NCBI GenBank assembly: GCA_964016885.1
Contig: OZ024740.1
Coordinates: 179,800,001 to 179,864,000 of the forward strand
Source of the DNA: Eledone cirrhosa
Lineage: Eukaryota
Length of the DNA: 64,000 nt
Direction of reading: 5' to 3'
A program made the translations under genes and the position numbers. The notes below the pieces were generated by a model. It was given only the letters and a program-made list of their open reading frames with translations. It ran no database searches and was not told where the DNA came from. Below are positions 56,134 through 64,000 of this stretch, piece after piece; position 1 is the first letter of the stretch, and each line of letters starts with the position of its first letter.

Positions 56134-56399
56134 AATAACTAGCGAACAGCTGAAGAGAGGTGGGCCATTGAGGAAATCAAACTCAAACCCAAAGTGTTCT
56201 TTTCATTTGCTAAAAAAACGGAAGCTCACTGTGTCCACTGTTGGCCTTCTAGTTGATGAAAATGGCACACTCTAATATAATGCCAAACCATGGGTGAGAT
56301 ACTGTAGAAACAATACTGCTCTGTTTTCAGCAATCCTGATATTGTCGATCTGGGTTGTTTCAGTGATATTAATCCCCAACACACTATATCGGAAATAAC

Positions 56400-57906
56400 G
56401 TTTGGCGCCCTGATGTCTTAGCGGCAATAAACGAAATTAAACACAATTCAGCATTAGGCCCCGACCGGTTCCCTGCTTGTGTCCTGAAGGTGTGTCGACA
56501 CTAACTTGCATATCTTCTTGCTAATTTGTGGAGGAACTCACTAAATACTGGCTATATTCCTGAACACTTTCTGTCCCTGTCCGTTGTCGCAGTTTTCAAA
56601 AAGGGCAATCAGTCCCTTGCAGTGAACTACCGACCGACCGACCTCACCTCTCATATTATCGAGGTACTTGAGAGGTGGTGAAATCACGAATGACCCACTT
56701 TCTTAAAGGAACGGCCTGCTGAACTCCAAACAACATGGGTTCCGTAATGGAAGGGACTGCATAACGCAGCTCCTGCATCACTTTGACGATGATTTGAGAG
56801 CCTTGGGAGAGGGCTCCAACACTGATGTCATCTACCTTGATTTCAGCAAGGCCTTTGACAGGGTTGATCATAAGATTCTACTGAAAAAACTATCCAATAT
56901 TGGTGTCTCTGGAAAGTTACTACGGTGGATCAAATGTTTTCTGACAGACAGAACCCAACATTGGGTCGAAGGAGTAAAATCAAGCCCTGCCAATATCAGC
57001 AGTGGCGTCCCACAAGGCACTCTGCTGGTCCCTCTTCCTTTCATCATCTACATTAATGACATTACTGACATCATCAAGCACAGCAACATAAGAATCTCCG
57101 CAGATGATTCCAGGCATCAAAGAGTCATCAATGAGGTGGGTGACCGGACTTGTCTTCAGTCAGACCTACTGGCTGTTATCCAATGGGCAGAAAATAATAA
57201 TATGCTGTTGAATGAGGATAAGTTTGAATTAATCCACTTTGGAAAACAGGATGCCCTGAAACTACCATACTTTCTTCCTTCGAGTGAAACTCTAGTGGCA
57301 TCCAACCACATCAGAGACCTTGGAGTAATAGTGGACAACAATATAAGATGGGTCACTCATATAAACAACAAAGTTGATATGGCCCGCAGAATGTGTTCCT
57401 GGGTTCTCACAACCTTCCAGTCGAGAGATATCCACTCTGTTATCCTTCTCTTCTCCACTTTTAAAAGACTCCACCTTGAATACTGTCGTACTCTGTGGTC
57501 TCACACACGAAACAAAGTATCAGGAAAGTTGAAGCACCCAAAAGATCGATTACAAAAAAAGATAGATGGCAGGACAGTCCTTGACTATTGCAATCGATTA
57601 GAAAAGCTCAACCTTTATTCTCTCCAACGTCACCGTGAGCGTTACATTATCTGCATGATGTGGAAAATATTCCATCAGCTTTGCGCAAATGAAGTTGGCA
57701 TCACCTTTAATGTAGACACAAGTCTTGGGCCCCGTGCTATCCGCCCGCAAAAATCTCACTCGCATCTCATAACAACAATACGGCACAATTATTTCACCTC
57801 AATTGGCCCTGCTCTCTTTAATATTACACCAACACATCAAAATAGAAACATACCCCATCAAGTTCAAGAGGACTTTGGGCAAGTTACTTCAAGAAATCCC
57901 GGTTGA
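56400..57906 (+). pseudogene. LINE reverse transcriptase remnant
   Basis: GPDRFP, NYRP, QHGFR, DVIYLDFSKAFDRVDH, SGVPQG, SADDS, RDLGV, LEYC. Confidence 0.93.
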
Positions 57907-58242
57907 GTCTCCGTAATAAATAACTCTCTGCTCGAGTGGGCCATGGTGCCCAAACCCTGATTTGTAAGACTTTGCCGGGTGGTGCTATTAAGTTAGACAT
58001 GGCCTGGGCCAATACTGACCCAAACCTATCAACGTTATCAACGTTATATCTTCATTGTAGTATCGTCTGTAGTGTATCCGTTAATATTTACGTACTTACA
58101 AACAATTACACACACACACCTGTATATATATATGTGTGTGTTTGTGTGTGTTTGTGTGTGTAAAATATATGGTCCCATATAAATTCACACATAAATATAT
58201 AAATATAAATATTTATATAAGTATATATATGTATATATATAT

Positions 58243-58647
<405 letters not shown>

Positions 58648-58874
58648 ATATATATATATGTTATACATACACATATGTATGTATATATGTATATAAATAT
58701 ATATACACACAAACTCACAAATGTATCTATATATATACACAAACACACACAAAGTATATATATATATATATACTATTGTGTGTGTTTGTGTGTATATATA
58801 TATATATACACATTTGTGTGTTTGTGTGTATATATATTTATATACATATATACATGCATATGCATATGTATAAC

Positions 58875-58937
<63 letters not shown>

Positions 58938-59224
58938 TAAATATTAATATTTATATATTTATGTGTGAATTTATATGCTTTCGTATTTATGTACATATAT
59001 ATGCACGAGTGTGCTTGTATATGTGTTTTATTAGAGCAAAATAGATCTACATACCTGATTTATTATCCTATAAATGTGTCATTCAAATGTAAGAATATAA
59101 ATAATTTGCTCGTAAAATATACGTAGAAAAATGTAAATTATTCGAATGATTTGAATGATATCTCTGGAGATTCAAGTAAACATATATTAGTAGATATACA
59201 CATATATGTTTTTCTGTGTTGCTA

Positions 59225-59280
<56 letters not shown>

Positions 59281-59282
59281 GC

Positions 59283-59369
<87 letters not shown>

Positions 59370-59829
59370 CGTGCGTGTGCGTGTTATTGTGACTGTTTCT
59401 GAATAGAAACATATTAGTGAATATTGGTTATAATACTTCGTGATAACGATGTCTGTCAAATGTCTATAATATCCTATCAGTTTATATATCAGTTCGGGTA
59501 ATTTCAATAAGTAAATGGAAGGAAAGTGCGGAGTGATGGGAAATAGAAATTAGTAAAAAGAAAACTTGGACAAGTATGTTAGTTAATGTACCTTAATGTC
59601 AACGTTTTTGTCTAAGCTTCAGGCCAGCTTCATGGACAGTATACGGAATGTTATATAATACAAGGAATGTTACTATATCAATGATGATATATACATATAT
59701 TTAATCACTCCATCTCCCGATCTCTCTCTCTCTCTCCTTTCTTTCTTTTTCATCACGCTATATATATATATATATATAGTAAACGAGTGAAGAATAACGT
59801 AGTCAACTTCACAATAGGGTTTATTTAAA

Positions 59830-59938
59830 GCATTAACAATTGTTTCTTTAGTCCAGTGTGTCTAAAAGTCGCTGATCGTTAGAAGTCACGTCACTCGACT
59901 TTAATTACAGTAGATACCTGACCAAATCATCAGAATAC
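59830..59938 (-). ncRNA. Type I HHR with ~65-nt stem II loop, in a solo pLTR-like fragment (about 59778-60000) ending at (TA)n
   Basis: gtatt-CTGATGA-tttggtc...gactaaa-GAAA-caattg-TT-aatgc, then AATAAA. Confidence 0.75.
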
Positions 59939-60004
59939 TGATCTGGTTACATGATACAATGCGCTAGTATTTATAGATTAATGGGAGAATAATATAAATG
60001 AAAA

Positions 60005-60246
60005 CAATAATAATAATTGTTTCTACTTTTGGCAGAAGGCCAGCAATTATCCCAGTGTATTACTGGTACTTTATTTATCGACCCTGTAAGACAAAGGTAA
60101 CATCAGCGAGATTTGAACTCAGTTCATAAACGGCCGTATCTCTTTGATGCAAAGCATGGCGTCCGACCCTCCACCGATACTGCCAATCCTTTTACTAATA
60201 ATTGTTTCTACTTTAGGCACAAGGCCAGCAATTATCCAGTGCATTA
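60005..60246 (-). mobile_element. SINE S1 (60005-60188) plus adjacent 3' fragment (60196-60246)
   Basis: Matches 45257-45446. Confidence 0.88.
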
Positions 60247-62439
60247 GGAGAATGTGTGGGAAGTGTTATGAAGTGATGATATGTAATAAAATGGCAGTGT
60301 AATAAAATGGAATGATGAGATAACGGCGACATTCAAATACAGTGGGTTGAGGTGAGTAAAATAGATGAAACATCAACATATAAAATAAATAGGTAATGAT
60401 ATCTATTCAACTCTCTTATTAACTAGCAAATTACCTCCTTTGATTTTCATTTGGAACGAACTAGTGATGATCACTCAGCAAATTATATATTGTTTCACCA
60501 TGGTTTAATTATTTTTAACGATTATAAAACATAAGCCATCGGTAGAAACCTCAACTCTTTACAATCACATCCTGTATCACGATTATAAACTTTTAACTGA
60601 TAATAATCCAAATGGTTGGAATGTTCTCTATCATAATTTTACAGCTTTGGTTAATCACTGGCTGATCAATCTAATGCAGTTTCTCACAAAGTATACACAA
60701 AGAGAATAATTAATTTTCATAAATATAAACCGTTTATGATTTGCTGGTTGATTAGGATTTATTTTTTTAGTGTATTGTACGTCAAATGTATATTTCTGAA
60801 AATGCATACCTGCATTCCATAAAGTTATTTGGAGGCTGGGAAAGGAACACGTAAAATAATTGCAATAACGTAAAATAATTGCAATATTACAATTATTATC
60901 AACAAGAAACGTTTAATATTGCAATATGTTTTAGGTTCAGAATTTAATTTTCATTTACGAAATAATTTGCTATAAAATACATATCTCTGTGAACAAATTA
61001 TTTATAATGAAATAATGGAGTCAAGGAAAATATTCTGACTAACGAAATATCCAAATTATTAACAAAGTATAGTTAAATTATCAAGGATGGTGCTGTTTGA
61101 CTATGAATTGTGTCTGAATGTGTTCCCGTATATAACATTTATCCGCGTATGTAAACACATACTGAAATAATCCATCCGAAGTGTAAGGCGACTTATACAA
61201 AGTTGTGCTTTTAAGGAGTTCTCTTAACTACACGAATTCGGATTAAATCGTAAGGAGTGTCAACTTAGACAGGTAATTCTATTTATAGCATTTGGAGTGA
61301 CTAGTCATGCTTCGTATGTATGAAACGAAACTAGTATGGCACACGAGTGTCTGTAGCGATCATTGGGGTTATTTATAAGCATGCATCTGTATATTTTTTC
61401 TAAAACATAAAATATAATGACCTTATTCACCTGACTATTCAATAAAGAGAAATACCGCGAGACATTTAATCGAGACATCCTTTGTTTCTGCTAGTAGTAT
61501 ATTAATAGTTTTCAACTTCTTTTACTGATTTTCATCTCATATTTTAACTGTGAATGCGTTTAATGTTTTTCATAGTTTTCTAAATGCTGATAAGGAGTCA
61601 CTTATGCAGCAGGTTAAGCTACATTACCGTCGTGTTAGATATTCCCTTATATGATATGCCGTGTAATCATTGATACATACGAAACCTTAGAGTAGCAAAA
61701 AGAAGGAATTATTTGGAAAACAAGATATTCGATCTGTTTGGCTGACGTCAGTATATAGCTGGTAGTTATTTCATTTATGTTTTCATTGGAACAAATCCAA
61801 AATACATCAACAAACTTTATATATTTTCAAATAAAAACAAAACGGAAAATACATACATGAATATAATAATAGAAACAGACGAAATAAAATAGAAACACAT
61901 TTCTAATGAGACATAAATAAACAAGCAAATTTAAATTTCTTAAAAAAAAAAGTTACAGTTTTGTATTCATTGCTGAAAATGTTTAAACAAAAACATGGTA
62001 AAATATAAAATCCGTTTCCATAGTCTAAATGTAGAACTTACTGAAGCGATTACTTGAATTTAATTTGAATAGTTTTGATAGATTATATGCAATCTAAAGG
62101 GAGATATTAACAATAAATTTCAATGCATCATTGCATTTCTCTCAGACGCACGAGATAGTACAAATATAAAACAGAAATCGTTCAAATAAATATCTAAAAT
62201 ATTTCTAAACATACAAGATACACACTGGACAAATATAGAAATGAAATTCTTACATTACTTTGACACATATAACTCCCTGCCATTGGAAAATATTTGTGTA
62301 ATTTAATTAAGTAAGTAATATTACTATTGACTCATATTGTCCTTTAATTGATTCTATAAAAAATATAAAATAAAACATACGTAGTAAAATGCATTTGATC
62401 AATAATAATAATAATTTTAATGGTTTCTGATTTAGCTAC

Positions 62440-62975
62440 AAGACTAAACAGAATCTGAAGAGGAGCCGCTCCAATTTGGTGAGGCACAAATCGGGGCAAG
62501 GCACGACAGACAGGCGGTAGAAGATGTGAAAGTGAAAGTGGCTACCCTGATCGTAAACTCCTCCCAATTCTTATCAGTCTGGAGGACTGGTTCGAATCAG
62601 ACACCGAGAAAATTTACCGGTCTGTCCGTCCAGCGCTCAAGGACGCTGTTGGACTGCATTGACTTGCCTCTCCAGGTGCCGAGTTGCAAGCCCACCGACT
62701 TTGTCCGTGTTAGATTCGCTCCCAACCTTTCATTTTACTTCAAGAAAGTGCCGACCCCCTCGATTTCCGAAGTGGCCGACACCATCCCGGTGATCACGTC
62801 GCATAAGACGACACAAACTTTCCGGGTTCAGGTTTGAGCGGGATGTAATTCATCAGATCCAGCTTTCGCAGTAAAGGCTCGAGAGTCAATACGTACAGAA
62901 GGGAGGTGAGAGAGGACAATTGACAGACCAATCCAGGATATGAAACGGTTCCAAAAGATGTCCATTAACTGTCAT
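62440..62975 (-). pseudogene. Tx1/L1-clade LINE RT fragment
   Basis: Minus strand reads SLLYVLTLEPLLRKL, decayed YADD, TKSVGLQLGTWRG, NFLGV, KNWEE, YRLSVVPCP. Confidence 0.8.
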
Positions 62976-63480
62976 TAAAGGCTTTTTTCAGCACATGAAT
63001 ATATAATGTAATCATTTACATTTATTCAACAATCTACCAAACTATCTGTCCGTTTAGTAGTCAGTGTTTCTGTCTCCCTGCTTGTCTGCATCTCTTTGTA
63101 TAGTGGTCAAGCTAACTACTAATCTTTCAATATATTTATCTATTTACCTCTCTCTATAACTATCTCTAAATATCTGTATAGCCATCCGATGATAAACGCC
63201 GATCTCTCTATCAACCTACATTTTAATATATAGATGTTTATGTGTTCAAGTACTACAATAACAACAACAACAAAAAAATTTGTTTTATAAAGTACCTTTG
63301 CTAGAGCCGGAATTTTAAAATTTATTCTTATTATCTTCCTTTAACGCCTCATGTGGGAACATTTATTTTAAATATTTTATGCTAACCGCCATTGAAATGT
63401 GTATCTAATTCCATTTTACTATAACTGGTCTAAAACTTTGGCACATTTATTAGCTAATACATTTGATATGAATACTGTTG

Positions 63481-63604
63481 GAAGAAGAAGAAGAAGAAGA
63501 AGAAGAAGAAGAAGAAGAAGAAGAAGAAGAAGAAGAAGAAGAAGAAGAAGAAGAAGAAGAAGAAGAAGAAGAAGAAGAAGAAGAAGAAGAAGAAGAAGAA
63601 GAAG
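63481..63604 (+). repeat. (GAA)n microsatellite
   Basis: Pure tract. Confidence 0.98.
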
Positions 63605-64000
63605 ATTATAAGTATTTTAGAACGGGGTTTTATAATTTTGTGATAATTTATTTTATGGAGAGTTCCAAAACACGACTGTCATAGGTGCAAGATTACAACC
63701 ACTGTATTCACGTAGTGTAGCATAGCCAAGATAAGTTTGTCGAACACATATTTTCTAAGAATTGTTATTTTGTGTCGTTTTACCTCAGCTTCCTCGAGTA
63801 GTTAAACATACGTAGTTTATATTATCATAGATCGATTGTTATGTATGTCTAATTGCTGGATGTGAGCAATTAACGTTTGCGGCATGTTGATAGGCTTAGT
63901 TATTTCCTAAATTTGAATTATTACTTCTCCTCTTTGAGGATACTCAAACGTGATATACGAGAGGTATCTATTTCTCTCAAACAGATCGTTAGTTATTTAT

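Larger units (their letters stand above)
52985..58046 (+). mobile_element. Decayed near-full-length CR1/L2-type LINE; 5' boundary approximate
   Basis: ORF1-like region with CCCH-like finger remnant (CRHFQRERLCLLTDCPF, ~54254), APE and RT remnants, 3' short tandem tail (tatcaacgt). Confidence 0.8.

Overview
AT-rich, microsatellite-dense eukaryotic DNA with no recognisable host gene. The tRNA-derived SINE and the repeat style suggest an octopod cephalopod (inference). The window is mostly retroelement debris. There are three decayed Penelope-like elements (PLEs; RT plus C-terminal GIY-YIG) of different lineages, several non-coding PLE-like pseudo-LTR families, a near-full-length decayed CR1/L2-type LINE, a Tx1/L1-type RT fragment, about 10 SINE copies and DNA-transposon ends. 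The signal not visible in the ORF track is RNA structure. About 20 type I hammerhead ribozyme (HHR) motifs, intact or decayed, from at least 8 sequence families can be folded by eye. They include U3-A8 compensated cores, C4/A4 core variants and stem II insertions of 45-70 nt. One sits in each unit of an identical 593-bp non-coding tandem array with an inverted terminal copy, a retrozyme-like element. Almost all PLE-type ends abut (TA)n. Many junctions are fold-back hairpins or (TA)n-centred palindromes. All folds and alignments are manual, and boundaries of decayed elements are approximate.
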